Shown: positions 1 to 9,182, counted from the first letter of the stretch. The stretch: DNA of 32,873 nt from Leidyana gryllorum EB-2025a (GCA_048772705.1 JBLWGC010000052.1:1-32873); one strand, 5' to 3'. Notes: a model not told the origin generated them from the sequence alone. Made by a program: numbers and translations.

Positions 1-38
1 AGGAGGGTGTCTCTACCAACTCTGAAACATTGTAGCTG

Positions 39-111
39 GGTCTTGTAGCTCAGTTGGCAGAGCGTGTGGCTGTTAACCACAAAGTCGCAGGTTCGAGACC
101 TGCCAGGACCG
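39..111 (+). tRNA. tRNA-Asn-GTT: tRNA-Asn(GTT)
   Basis: GGTCTTG/CAGGACC acceptor; TGTGG CTGTTAA CCACA; GTTCGA T-loop. Confidence 0.95.
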
Positions 112-211
112 TTTCAGAGGCACCCCAGACACTGACTGCCCTGCTCTCGCAATGGCACCGTGGTCTGCGACCCTTCAGAGTGACTCCCGCCACGTGTAGC
201 CATACGCACTT

Positions 212-284
212 TGGACGACCTGGGCATCGATCCCAGTACCTCTCGCATGCTAAGCGAGCGCTCTACCATTTGAGCTAGTCGCCC
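212..284 (-). tRNA. tRNA-Ala-AGC: tRNA-Ala(AGC)
   Basis: G3:U70; CTCGC TTAGCAT GCGAG; ATCG T-loop. Confidence 0.95.
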
Positions 285-344
285 ATCCGCACTACATGGA
301 AGACCTATTGCATCCAGTGGCTGACCGACTGCCCACACAACGGC

Positions 345-424
345 TGTCAAGAGTGGGATTCGAACCCACGCCGTTTCGGACTGCGGCCCGAACACAGCGC
401 CTTGGACCACTCGGCCATCTTGCC
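345..424 (-). tRNA. tRNA-Leu body with CGG anticodon (possible pseudogene)
   Basis: Leu body with long variable arm; loop TTCGGGC; one acceptor mismatch. Confidence 0.7.
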
Positions 425-518
425 GAAATGTTGTTGGCTCGCCGCTCCACGCGTTTTCTATCCGTGGAATCTCAAAATAGAAGAACTTCTGGGGTTGGGG
501 GCCAGCGTATCCAGAGCG

Positions 519-589
519 TCCGAGATAGTATAGCGGTTAGTATTTCCGCCTATCACGCGGGAAACCAAGATCGATTCCCGGTCTCGGAG
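519..589 (+). pseudogene. tRNA-Asp pseudogene (ATC)
   Basis: Asp body, T arm disrupted. Confidence 0.75.
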
Positions 590-644
590 CACAGTTGGTT
601 GCGCTTAGGATTGTTTCTTTCGGATCTCGCTGAAAGTTGCGAGC

Positions 645-717
645 TACAGCCACCGAGGATCGAACTCGGGAACTTCTGCGTGTGAAGCAGACGTCGTAAC
701 CACTAGACCATGGCTGC
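645..717 (-). tRNA. tRNA-Val-CAC: tRNA-Val(CAC)
   Basis: TCTGC TTCACAC GCAGA; full cloverleaf. Confidence 0.92.
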
Positions 718-825
718 GCGGAGCTTTCGGACTGTGAAAGGGGCGTGTGTCTTTGGAAACAGGTGTCTGATGAGGGGCGAACTATGAGGTCTGCACAGCG
801 GGCGGCTAGCTCAACAAGATATTAT

Positions 826-896
826 GCATCTGTGGTCTAGTGGTAGAATGTCTCGTTGCCATCGAGACGACCCGGGTTCGATTCCCGGCAGATGCA
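826..896 (+). tRNA. tRNA-Gly-GCC: tRNA-Gly(GCC)
   Basis: GCATCTG/CAGATGC; TCTCG TTGCCAT CGAGA. Confidence 0.95.
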
Positions 897-972
897 GAAG
901 ACACAGTTGGTTTTCCCACCATTCCAGGGATTCACGCTTGAGTTGGTGTCTGACCCCTCCGATCACATCGCA

Positions 973-1055
973 CGACAACTGCTGGATCTGCACCAGCCCG
1001 GCCCAGGCCCTGTAGAGATCAAATCTTCTCCCCTTAACCACTCGGGCAAGTTGCC
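973..1055 (-). pseudogene. tRNA-Ser pseudogene (TGA-like)
   Basis: Ser body, damaged T loop and anticodon arm. Confidence 0.7.
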
Positions 1056-1324
1056 GCTGTCGAACTTGGCATTTTGCGGCCAGTGGCTTCACATACGATT
1101 CAGCGAGCTTTACTAGGACTGCTCGCGCCTCCCGAACCCGCGGTTCTCCCTTCAAAAGTCTTGCGCTCTACCGACGGAGTTGGAGCGGCAAGGGAGCTCG
1201 CCCCGTACCCGAGGAAGGCACAGGATTCCACGATCAATACCAATGGAATTGGTTACTAAGTCCGAATTTGTATCAGAGATCCACTCACTTGGTCACGCCG
1301 ACATACCAGCCTCACTTGAAGATC

Positions 1325-1396
1325 GTCCGGGTCGTCTAGTGCTTACAACAGCAAGTTGTGGCCGTGCATACCCAGGCCCGAATCCTGGCTTGGATA
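1325..1396 (+). pseudogene. tRNA-His pseudogene
   Basis: Degenerate copy of His at 11616-11687. Confidence 0.7.
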
Positions 1397-1518
1397 GTAC
1401 GTCCACCGATGTCTCGAATGGGAGAATTAGGTGAAGCCTGTCCAAACCCACGATCGGGCGTAGCTGCCCATGTCCTCTCTGGATCGCTACACACTTCCAT
1501 TTGACGGCTCCGTTAGTC

Positions 1519-1591
1519 GGCGCTATGGCCTAATGGATATGGCATCGGTCTACGGAACCGGGGATTCTGGGTTCGAGTCCCAGTAGCGTCT
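1519..1591 (+). tRNA. tRNA-Arg-ACG: tRNA-Arg(ACG)
   Basis: TCGGT CTACGGA ACCGG; full cloverleaf. Confidence 0.92.
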
Positions 1592-1635
1592 GGGCGGATG
1601 GGTCGAGTGCCGTGTTGCGGCAACAACTATCAGAC

Positions 1636-1707
1636 GGGCTGTTCTGGGAATCGAACGCAGGACTCCTTCCACCCTAAGGAAGGATCATACCACTAGACCA
1701 AACAGCC
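1636..1707 (-). tRNA. tRNA-Pro-AGG: tRNA-Pro(AGG)
   Basis: CTTCC TTAGGGT GGAAG; one T-stem mismatch. Confidence 0.85.
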
Positions 1708-1761
1708 GACTGGTCGGTGGTGCAAATTGCTGGTAGAGTCGGGAGACTGGTCATAATATGT

Positions 1762-1834
1762 CAGCGGCTAGCTCAAATCACATAGCACTCGCTTAACATG
1801 CGAGAGATACTGGGATCAATGCCCAGGTCGTCCA
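1762..1834 (+). pseudogene. tRNA-Ala pseudogene (AAC loop)
   Basis: Ala 3' half intact; acceptor 5' strand and D arm damaged. Confidence 0.7.
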
Positions 1835-1910
1835 AGCCTCTAACGGCTGCACCCGTGGTATATGAAAACAGAGTCACGACCGAAGGGAGTTGATGCCCGA
1901 TCACATCGCA

Positions 1911-1992
1911 CGACAACTGCTGGATTTGAACCAGCGCGGGCCAGGCCCAGTAGATTTCTAGTCTTCCCCCTTAACCACTTGGACAAGTTGCC
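1911..1992 (-). tRNA. tRNA-Ser-AGA: tRNA-Ser(AGA)
   Basis: Long variable arm; loop CTAGAAA; minor mismatches. Confidence 0.8.
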
Positions 1993-2297
1993 GCTGTCGA
2001 ACTTGGCATTTTGCGGCCAGTGGCTTCACATACGGTTCAGCGAGCTTTACTAGGACTGCTCGCGCCGCCCGAACCCGCGGATCTCCCTTCAAAAGTCTTG
2101 CGCTCTACTGACGGAGTTGGGGCGGCAAGGAAGCTCGCCCCGTACCCGAGGAAGGCCCAAGATTCCACGATCAATACAAATGGAATTGGTAAACTAAGTC
2201 CGAATCTGTATCAGAGATCCACTCACTTGATCACGCCGACATACCATGTTTTCCAAGACGGTACGGCTCTCGGCCGAAGCCCCAACTCAACCACTCG

Positions 2298-2370
2298 TCC
2301 ACTGTAGTCTAAGTGGCTAGGATATGCGGCTTTCACCCGCACGATCCGGGTTCAAGTCCCGGCAGTGGAA
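2298..2370 (+). tRNA. tRNA-Glu-TTC: tRNA-Glu(TTC)
   Basis: TCCACTG/CAGTGGA; TGCGG CTTTCAC CCGCA. Confidence 0.93.
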
Positions 2371-2446
2371 ATCATTGGACCATTCGAGCAAAGTGCTCCA
2401 GTAACCTCCGTCAATATTGACTGACTCATGATCTTTGGCTCGCATT

Positions 2447-2518
2447 GCCTTCTTAGCTTAGGGGCAGAACATTCGCTTAGTAAGCGAAAGGTCGCCGGTT
2501 CGATTCCGGCAGAAGGCT
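2447..2518 (+). tRNA. tRNA-Thr-AGT: tRNA-Thr(AGT)
   Basis: TTCGC TTAGTAA GCGAA. Confidence 0.9.
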
Positions 2519-2567
2519 TTGGTCACGACCCAATCAATTTTATAGCTGTTTCCCTCCTGCGCACACT

Positions 2568-2639
2568 TAGCAGTGCGTCGTTTCGATCGACGGACCTTTG
2601 GGTTATGAGCCCAACACTCTTCCACTGAGCTACACTGCT
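2568..2639 (-). tRNA. tRNA-iMet-CAT: initiator tRNA-Met(CAT)
   Basis: A1-U72, GGG/CCC anticodon stem, ATCGAAA T-loop. Confidence 0.93.
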
Positions 2640-2772
2640 TAGTCTACAACATGGAAGAAGGAGCCGGAATGCGATTCTTGAGATGTTAATTGCCTTGAGT
2701 GCCGAAGTGGCAACGAGGTGGCTGTGTTACTTCTAAAACTGCTTATCCCATCAGGTCAACCGACAACCAAGA

Positions 2773-2844
2773 GGGCTGTTTTGGGAATTGAACCCAGGAC
2801 TCCTTCCACCCTAAGGAAGGATCATACCACTAGACCAAACAGCC
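2773..2844 (-). tRNA. tRNA-Pro-AGG: tRNA-Pro(AGG)
   Basis: Pro cloverleaf, loop TTAGGGT. Confidence 0.88.
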
Positions 2845-2932
2845 GCCTGTCGGTCGTGCAACCCGGTGAGCACAGTCGCGAGAGTGGTCATACTATGTTG
2901 AGAATCAACAAAATGCGACGGGTCTGCACAGC

Positions 2933-3005
2933 GGGGGACTAGCTCAAATGGTGAAGCGCTCGCTTAGCGTGCGAGAGGTACTGGGATCAATGTCCAGGTC
3001 GTCCA
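2933..3005 (+). tRNA. tRNA-Ala-AGC: tRNA-Ala(AGC), degenerate
   Basis: Several substitutions versus intact Ala copies. Confidence 0.65.
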
Positions 3006-3409
3006 AACTTTGTAGTGCTGCAACTGGCGCTATTTGACTACAGAGTTGAGAGCTTTAATGGTGCCCTGTAGCCCTCGGATAGACTTGGGCACCGCAGTGT
3101 GTGTGAAGGTTGCCTCAGAGACCGGATCTCCGAGTTTGTATTTTACAACCACACGTTCTGCCGACTAAAAGTACAAGAGCCAGTTCCAATATCTCAGAGG
3201 TTAGTAGAGATACGCGTGTTGCATGTGTCCGGTTGAGGGCTAGTCCGGAGGCTCTACAAACTCTTTTTTTGTGAAGGAGTGAATGGGTTGCGTGGTGTAG
3301 TGGTTAGCACTCAGATGCGTGACACCTTTTTGTTGAAGCTCGTGCACAATAACGGCCGTTTTCAATGAGAAGATAGAATCGAGTTGAGCGAGTATGACGG
3401 GTAGTTTGT

Positions 3410-3481
3410 GGGTACGTAGCTCAGTGGTAGAGCAGCTGACTGCAGATCAGCAAGTCCGTGGTTCAACTCCGCGCGCGCCCT
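3410..3481 (+). tRNA. tRNA-Cys-GCA: tRNA-Cys(GCA)
   Basis: GCTGA CTGCAGA TCAGC; U73. Confidence 0.88.
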
Positions 3482-3690
3482 GAAGATGGTTTGGAACGAT
3501 CGGAGATGTTGGACCACAAGGCAATGAGTCTGGAGCGGGAGATGATTTTGGACCTATGGCGGAACGTAGCGCGTCTGACTCCTGCTTAGAAAATTGGGTG
3601 CTGTCCGCCAGTGTCTAAATGGCTCTGATGTTTGATTCCAGCTCTGGGGGATCCAGCATCCGGGTCGGTGCCATCTGTCGTTGCAGAAGT

Positions 3691-3764
3691 GGTCGCGTAG
3701 CTCAGTCGGTTAGAGCGTGAGCCTAATAAGCTCAAGGTCCCCGGTTCGAGCCCGGGCGTGACCA
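3691..3764 (+). tRNA. tRNA-Ile-AAT: tRNA-Ile(AAT)
   Basis: GGTCGCG/CGTGACC; TGAGC CTAATAA GCTCA; only intact Ile seen. Confidence 0.95.
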
Positions 3765-3976
3765 AGTGAGGGGATCTCTGCTAAAGAGTCGCCCCGGACG
3801 CGAGGAAGCCACATCATTCTGCGACTAATACGAAAGGAACTTGTTACCAAGTCCGAGCTTCCCTGCCGCGCCAGCTCCGTCGCTAGAGCGCAAGACTTTC
3901 AATGGCGGAGAGTCCTAGTCAAACTTGCTGAACCGTATGTGGAGCCACTGGCCGCAAAATGCCGAGTTGAACAGGT

Positions 3977-4058
3977 GGCAACTTGCCCGAGTGGTTAAGG
4001 GGGTAGACTAGAAATCTACTGGGCCTGGCCCGCGCTGGTTCAAATCCAGCAGTTGTCG
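3977..4058 (+). tRNA. tRNA-Ser-AGA: tRNA-Ser(AGA)
   Basis: GTAGA CTAGAAA TCTAC; variable arm. Confidence 0.95.
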
Positions 4059-4122
4059 TGCAATGTGGTGGAAATGATGCAATTCCCAGCATCAAAAACT
4101 CATATGGGTCGAGACAGGGAAT

Positions 4123-4193
4123 GCCTCCTTAGCTTAGGGGCAGAGCATTCGCTTTGTAAGCGAAAGGTCGCTGTTCGATTCCGGCAGGAGGCT
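4123..4193 (+). tRNA. tRNA-Thr-TGT: tRNA-Thr(TGT)
   Basis: Loop TTTGTAA; 1-nt T-stem deletion. Confidence 0.75.
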
Positions 4194-4370
4194 TCAGTCA
4201 TTAGCCTAAACATGGTTGCGATCCTCTGCCCGCATTTCGGACGGCGGCTTGCACACAGCACTCGGCCATCTTGCCGGAGTGTTCTTGGCTCGCCGTTCCA
4301 CCCATTTCCTGTCGGTGAAATCTCAAAATGCGAGGACTTCTGGGGTTGGAGGCCGGCGAGTTTACTAGCG

Positions 4371-4442
4371 TCCGAGATAGTATAGTGGTCAGTATTTCCG
4401 CCTGTCACGCGGCATACCCTGGTTCGATTGCCGGTCTCGGAG
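4371..4442 (+). tRNA. tRNA-Asp-GTC: tRNA-Asp(GTC), degenerate
   Basis: Loop CTGTCAC; T-stem mismatches. Confidence 0.7.
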
Positions 4443-4497
4443 CACAGATGGCTTCGCTGAAGATTCTCTCCTTTGGTTCTCGCTGAACGTCGCGAGC

Positions 4498-4571
4498 TAC
4501 AGCCACCGAGGACCGAACTCGGGACCTTTTGGGTGTTGAGCAGACGTCGTAACCACTAAACCGTTGACTGC
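4498..4571 (-). pseudogene. tRNA-Val pseudogene
   Basis: Val body with broken anticodon stem. Confidence 0.7.
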
Positions 4572-4635
4572 ATGAATGGGCCCCGCAGCCCAAGAGGAGT
4601 GGCAAAGTTTTACGGAGCAGTGAGGACTAGTTCCA

Positions 4636-4706
4636 AGGTCGCGCCGGAAATCGAACCCAGGTCGGGAGATTCAGAGTCTCCAGTGCTAACCACTCACCAC
4701 GCAACC
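4636..4706 (-). tRNA. tRNA-Gln-CTG: tRNA-Gln(CTG)
   Basis: GGAGA CTCTGAA TCTCC; 1-nt D-arm deletion. Confidence 0.78.
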
Positions 4707-4891
4707 GCTTCAGCCCATCCCAGAAGAGTCGGTAGAAGTACCCGGACTAGCCCTTTCTCAAATGAAAATACGCAACACGAGTTTCTCTACTGACCGCTGA
4801 AATAATTAATTGGCTCCTGTATATAGCGCCCAGCGTAGAGCGTTCTATTTGAGTCGGACAATCATTAAAGCACGCTCTCCGCGAATGCTAC

Positions 4892-4973
4892 CGACAAGGG
4901 TGAGATTCGAACTCACGCGGGTGAAACCCAACGGCTTAGCAGGCCGCCGCCTTAACCGCTCGGCCACCTTGCC
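4892..4973 (-). tRNA. tRNA-Ser-GCT: tRNA-Ser(GCT)
   Basis: GCGGC CTGCTAA GCCGT; variable arm. Confidence 0.95.
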
Positions 4974-5482
4974 GAGAGCGGAACGGGCTACACCTTCCAT
5001 CGGGAATCCCGTGCGAATTGGTAGTGATGTAAGTACACCCCCTTCTCGATGTCAGTATTTGCCTTTGGAATGACTGCTTGGCGGGGTGGAAAAAGGTCGG
5101 AGTGGCCGGTTCAGTACCAATCATAAGGCTTTGCTGAACACATCAGTGGGCTCCTTCGGCTAGTGACTGTACACCTCAACTCTGAAGCGGTCGCGTATTT
5201 CAGGCGATCAGAGCGTGAGCCTAATAAGTTCTGAGTCCGCGGTTGGAGCCCGGGCGTCACCTTGATATAGAGTTGCCCCCGACCCGAGGAAGCCCCAATA
5301 TTCCACGACCAATCCGGATGAAATCCGTTATTGAGTCAGAGCTTCCTTGCCACCCAGCTCAGTCGGTAGAGCGCCAGCCTTTTGAAGGGAGAACCGCGGG
5401 TTCGGGTCGCCCGAGAAGTCCTAGTCAAGCTTGCTGAACCGTATGTGAAGCCACTGGCCGCAAAATGCCAAGTCCGACCGTT

Positions 5483-5564
5483 GGCAACTTGCCCGAGTGG
5501 TGAAGGGGGTAGACTCGAAATCTACTGGGCCTGGCCCGCGCTGGTTCAAATCCAGCAGTTGTCG
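5483..5564 (+). tRNA. tRNA-Ser-CGA: tRNA-Ser(CGA)
   Basis: GTAGA CTCGAAA TCTAC. Confidence 0.92.
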
Positions 5565-5628
5565 TGCGATGTGATCGGAGGGTCAAACACCAACTCACGC
5601 ATAAAACTCAACCATGTGCCATCTCCTC

Positions 5629-5699
5629 TGCATCTGCCGGGAATCGAACCCGGGCCGTCTCGATGGCAACCAGGCATTCTACCATTAGACCACAGATGC
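5629..5699 (-). tRNA. tRNA-Gly-GCC: tRNA-Gly(GCC), degenerate
   Basis: Anticodon-stem mismatches. Confidence 0.65.
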
Positions 5700-5795
5700 G
5701 TGTCACCTTGTTGTTGAAGCTCGTAAACGGTAACGGCCGTTTTGCTTCGAATGAGAAGACAGGGTCAAGTTGAGCGAGTATGAAAGGCGACTCGT

Positions 5796-5867
5796 GGGTA
5801 GGTAACTCAGTGGTAGAGCAGTTGACTGCAGATCAGCAAGTCCGTGGTTCAACTTCGCGCGTGCCCT
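5796..5867 (+). tRNA. tRNA-Cys-GCA: tRNA-Cys(GCA), degenerate
   Basis: Loop CTGCAGA; a few stem mismatches. Confidence 0.72.
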
Positions 5868-5983
5868 GAAGTTGAGATAAACGCTGGAAGATGTTGAACC
5901 AACATTCCTGACCACAAAGGGTTGCAGAATCCTGCGCTAGAAAGAGGAGGGTTTCTATACTAACCTCTGAAACATTGTAGCTG

Positions 5984-6056
5984 GGTCTTGTAGCTCAGTC
6001 AGCAGAGCGTGTGGCTGTTAACCACAAAGTCGCAGGTTCGAAACCTGCCAGGACCG
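5984..6056 (+). tRNA. tRNA-Asn-GTT: tRNA-Asn(GTT)
   Basis: Near-identical to 39-111; D-loop GG changed to AG. Confidence 0.85.
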
Positions 6057-6095
6057 CTTTCAGAGGCACCCTAAACATTGGCTGCTCTCCCAAAG

Positions 6096-6153
6096 GCACT
6101 TGTGGTCTGTGACCCTTCAAAGATGTAAGGTGGTTTGGATCCCGCCACGTGCA
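6096..6153 (+). pseudogene. D-arm-deleted tRNA-Gly(TCC)-derived element, CTTCAAA loop
   Basis: GCACTTGTGGTCT joined to GTGACCCTTCAAAG; matches Gly at 26955 minus D arm. Confidence 0.6.
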
Positions 6154-6166
6154 GCCGTACGAAGTT

Positions 6167-6239
6167 TGGACGACCTGGGCATCGATCCCAGTACCTCTCG
6201 CATGCTAAGCGAGCGCTCTACCATTTGAGCTAGTCGCCC
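6167..6239 (-). tRNA. tRNA-Ala-AGC: tRNA-Ala(AGC)
   Basis: Same sequence as 212-284. Confidence 0.95.
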
Positions 6240-6328
6240 GTTGTGCAGACCCCATCGCATGTGTTGGTTCTCAACATAGTATGACCACTCTCTCAACTGT
6301 ACTCAGCGGTTTGCACCACCAAGCGGTC

Positions 6329-6400
6329 GGCTGTTTGGTCTAGTGGTATGATCCTTCCTTAGGGTGGAAGGAGCCCTGGGTTCGATTCCCAGAACAGCCC
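6329..6400 (+). tRNA. tRNA-Pro-AGG: tRNA-Pro(AGG)
   Basis: Full cloverleaf, loop TTAGGGT. Confidence 0.93.
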
Positions 6401-6540
6401 TCTTGGTCGTCGGTTGACCCGACGGGACAAGTTGCCCTCAGAACCAACACAGCATTTCATTAGCCCACTTTGGTAGGGCAGTCAGGGCAACTAACATCTC
6501 GAGAATTGCATTTCGGCTCCCTCTTCCATGTTGCAGACCG

Positions 6541-6612
6541 AGCAGTGTAGCTCAGTGGAAGAGTGTTGGGCTCATAACCCAAAGGTCCGTCGATCGAAAC
6601 GACGCACTGCTA
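6541..6612 (+). tRNA. tRNA-iMet-CAT: initiator tRNA-Met(CAT)
   Basis: A1-U72, GGG/CCC, ATCG T-loop. Confidence 0.93.
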
Positions 6613-6661
6613 AGTGTGCGCAGGAGGGAAACAGCTATAGAATTGATTGGGTCGTGGCCAA

Positions 6662-6733
6662 AGCCTTCTGCCGGAATCGAACCGGCGACCTTTCGCTTAC
6701 TAAGCGAATGCTCTGCCCCTAAGCTAAGAAGGC
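6662..6733 (-). tRNA. tRNA-Thr-AGT: tRNA-Thr(AGT)
   Basis: Full cloverleaf, loop TTAGTAA. Confidence 0.93.
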
Positions 6734-6861
6734 AATGCAAGCCGAAGATCACGAGTCAGTCACTATTGACGGAGGTTACTGGAGCACATTGTTCCACCAC
6801 TCAATACTTCCACGGATCCACCCACCGGCAAATAGGGTGTAACTAAGTTTAGAGCTTCCTT

Positions 6862-6934
6862 GCCGCTCTAGCTCAGTCGGTAGAGCGCAAGATTTTTAAT
6901 CTTGCAGTCGCGGGTTCGAGCCCCGCGGGCGGTG
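6862..6934 (+). tRNA. tRNA-Lys-TTT: tRNA-Lys(TTT)
   Basis: CAAGA TTTTTAA TCTTG. Confidence 0.92.
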
Positions 6935-6991
6935 CAAATCAATGTCTCTGGGAGTAGTGGAACCGTTGCCTACAAGCACACTCTGCTGGAT

Positions 6992-7064
6992 TTCCACTGC
7001 CGGGACTTGAACCCGGATCGCGCGGGTGAGAGTCGCATATCCTAGCCACTTAGACTACAGTGGA
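6992..7064 (-). tRNA. tRNA-Glu-CTC: tRNA-Glu(CTC)
   Basis: Loop CTCTCAC; one anticodon-stem mismatch. Confidence 0.85.
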
Positions 7065-7142
7065 CAACTTCCTCAGCTGCAGCTTGGACGAGCCGTACCA
7101 TCTTGAGATGAGATGGAGCGTCGGGTCAACCGACAAGCAACC

Positions 7143-7214
7143 GGGCTGTTCTGGGAATCGAACCCAGGACTTCTTCCACCCGAAGGAAGAATCATACCAC
7201 TAGACCAAACAGCC
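7143..7214 (-). tRNA. tRNA-Pro-CGG: tRNA-Pro(CGG)
   Basis: CTTCC TTCGGGT GGAAG. Confidence 0.93.
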
Positions 7215-7327
7215 GGTGCATCAGACAGTACAATTGACTTGGTATAACGTCCAGCGTGGAGCGAGTTCGAGTCGGGCAGAAACCTCATTTCAATCATTGA
7301 AGCAGTTGCGCTCTCCCCGAATGCTAC

Positions 7328-7409
7328 CGACAAGGGTGAGATTCGAACTCACGCGGTTGAAACCCAACGGCTTACCAGGCCGCCGTTTTAACCGCTCGGC
7401 CACCTTGCC
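7328..7409 (-). tRNA. tRNA-Ser body with GGT anticodon (likely pseudogene)
   Basis: Ser(GCT) copy with loop CTGGTAA; D stem weakened. Confidence 0.65.
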
Positions 7410-7567
7410 GAGAGTGTAACTGGTTACACCTTCCCTCGGGAAGGAAACAATCGGCGACCTTTCGCTTACTGAGCGAATGCTCCCCTAGGCTAAGAAGGCA
7501 ATGCAGGCCGAAGATCACGAATCAGTCACTGTTGACGGGGATTACTGGAGCACTTCGCTCGAGCAGC

Positions 7568-7640
7568 TTCCACTGCCGGGACTTGAACCCGGATCATGCG
7601 GGTGAGAGCCGCATATCCTAGCCACTTAGACTACAGTGGA
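7568..7640 (-). tRNA. tRNA-Glu-CTC: tRNA-Glu(CTC)
   Basis: TGCGG CTCTCAC CCGCA. Confidence 0.93.
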
Positions 7641-7943
7641 CAAGTTCCCCAGTTGAGGTCAACAAGACGTGGTCCGTCGGGTCAACCTACAACAAAGGGG
7701 TTGCAGTAGAAAGTGGAGGGTCCCTCTACTAAGCTCTGCAACATTGTAAGACGTCTTGTGAGCTCAGTCGGCAGAGCGTGTGGCTTTTGATGACAAGCTC
7801 GCAGGTCCGGAACCTAGCAAAACCGGCTTCAGAGGCACAATAGACATTGACTGCGGTGCTCTCCCAATGGCACTTGTGGTTCGCGACCCTTCAAAGATGA
7901 CAACGATGGGTTTGAATCCGGCCACGTGCAGCCGTACGTACTT

Positions 7944-8016
7944 TGGACGACCTGGGCATCGATCCCAGTACCTCTCGCATGCTAAGCGAGCGCTCTACCA
8001 TTTGAGCTAGTCGCCC
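7944..8016 (-). tRNA. tRNA-Ala-AGC: tRNA-Ala(AGC)
   Basis: Same sequence as 212-284. Confidence 0.95.
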
Positions 8017-8104
8017 GTTATGCGGACCCCATCGCATTTGTTGGTTCTCAACATAGGATGACCACTTTTTAAACTGTCTTCAGCGGGTTACACGAATGGC
8101 AGGC

Positions 8105-8176
8105 GGCTGTTTGGTCTAGTGGTATGATTCTTCCGTCGGGTGGAAGAAGTGCTGGGTTCCATTCCCAAAACAGCCC
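8105..8176 (+). tRNA. tRNA-Pro-CGG: tRNA-Pro(CGG), degenerate
   Basis: Loop GTCGGGT; altered T loop. Confidence 0.65.
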
Positions 8177-8252
8177 GCTGTGTTGTATCTTGACGCAACC
8201 TGCCTGGCAGCATGGTTCTGGGTTCGGGTGATTCCTCGGAGAAAGTCGGAGG

Positions 8253-8325
8253 GGGAGTGTAGCGCAGTCGGTAGCGCGTAGGTCTCATAATCCTGAAGTC
8301 GAGAGTTCGATCCTCTCCACTCCCA
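8253..8325 (+). tRNA. tRNA-Met-CAT: elongator tRNA-Met(CAT)
   Basis: GGGAGTG/CACTCCC; loop CTCATAA; GTTCGA. Confidence 0.92.
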
Positions 8326-8503
8326 CGGTCGGAATCGAAACCGCCGACAAACTCATCATGCTACCATTTTGCAGTCGGGAATCGCACACAGGTTATCTCG
8401 ATGGCAGCGAGCGACTCTTCCACTAGACCACAAATGCAGAACACGATATGGTGAATCTTGTACGTGGTGACAGCCATTCCTCATAAGCATATCGATGCAT
8501 CAA

Positions 8504-8575
8504 AGCCTTCTGCCGGAATCGAACCGGCGACTTCTCGCTTACGAAGCGAACGCTCTGCCCCTAAGCTAAGAAGGC
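8504..8575 (-). tRNA. tRNA-Thr-CGT: tRNA-Thr(CGT)
   Basis: Loop TTCGTAA. Confidence 0.92.
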
Positions 8576-8707
8576 AACTTAGCTGGAGAATCATGTGGCA
8601 GTTGTATCGACAAAAGTTAGCCGGGTGCCACGTGCACGGCGGGCTGTCCCGCGCGCATCGTGGGGGCATGCTGGGATGAAGTCGCAGGTTGTCCTGACTA
8701 CAACGCC

Positions 8708-8787
8708 TGACAAGAGTGGGATTCGAACCCACGCCCTTTCGGACTGCGGCCTGAACACAGCGCCTTGGACCACTCGGCCATCTTGCC
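8708..8787 (-). tRNA. tRNA-Leu-CAG: tRNA-Leu(CAG)
   Basis: CTGTG TTCAGGC CGCAG; variable arm. Confidence 0.93.
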
Positions 8788-8989
8788 GAAATGTTGTTGG
8801 CTCGCCGCCCCACGCGTTTTCTATCCGTGGAATCTCAAAATGGAAGAACTTCTGGGGTTGGAGGCCGGCGTATCCAGAGCGTCCGAGATAGTATAGCTAT
8901 CACGCGGAAGATCAGGGTCGATTCCCGGTCTCGGAGCACAGTTCGTTTTTCCGCTTCAGATTTCGTGGTGCTCAGATAAAGTTGCGAGC

Positions 8990-9062
8990 TACAGCCACCG
9001 AGGATCGAACTCGGGACCTTCTGCGTGTGAAGCAGACGTCGTAACCACTGGACCATGGCTGC
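8990..9062 (-). tRNA. tRNA-Val-CAC: tRNA-Val(CAC)
   Basis: Loop TTCACAC. Confidence 0.92.
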
Positions 9063-9182
9063 GCGGAGCTTTCGGACTGTGAAAGGGGCGTGTGTCTCTG
9101 GAAACAGGTATCTGATGAGGGGCGAAAACCACGGAATGCTATGAGGTCTGCACAGCGGGCGACTAGCTCAACGAGATATTAT

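Larger units (their letters stand above)
6370..7064. repeat. ~0.7 kb block, inverted copy at ~23162-23860
   Basis: Glu, Lys, Thr and iMet coordinates sum to ~30226. Confidence 0.85.

Noticed and set aside
3977-4058. Amber (CTA) suppressor in Ser genes containing GACTAGAAA
   Set aside because: The stem register GTAGA/TCTAC places AGA, not CTA, at positions 34-36.
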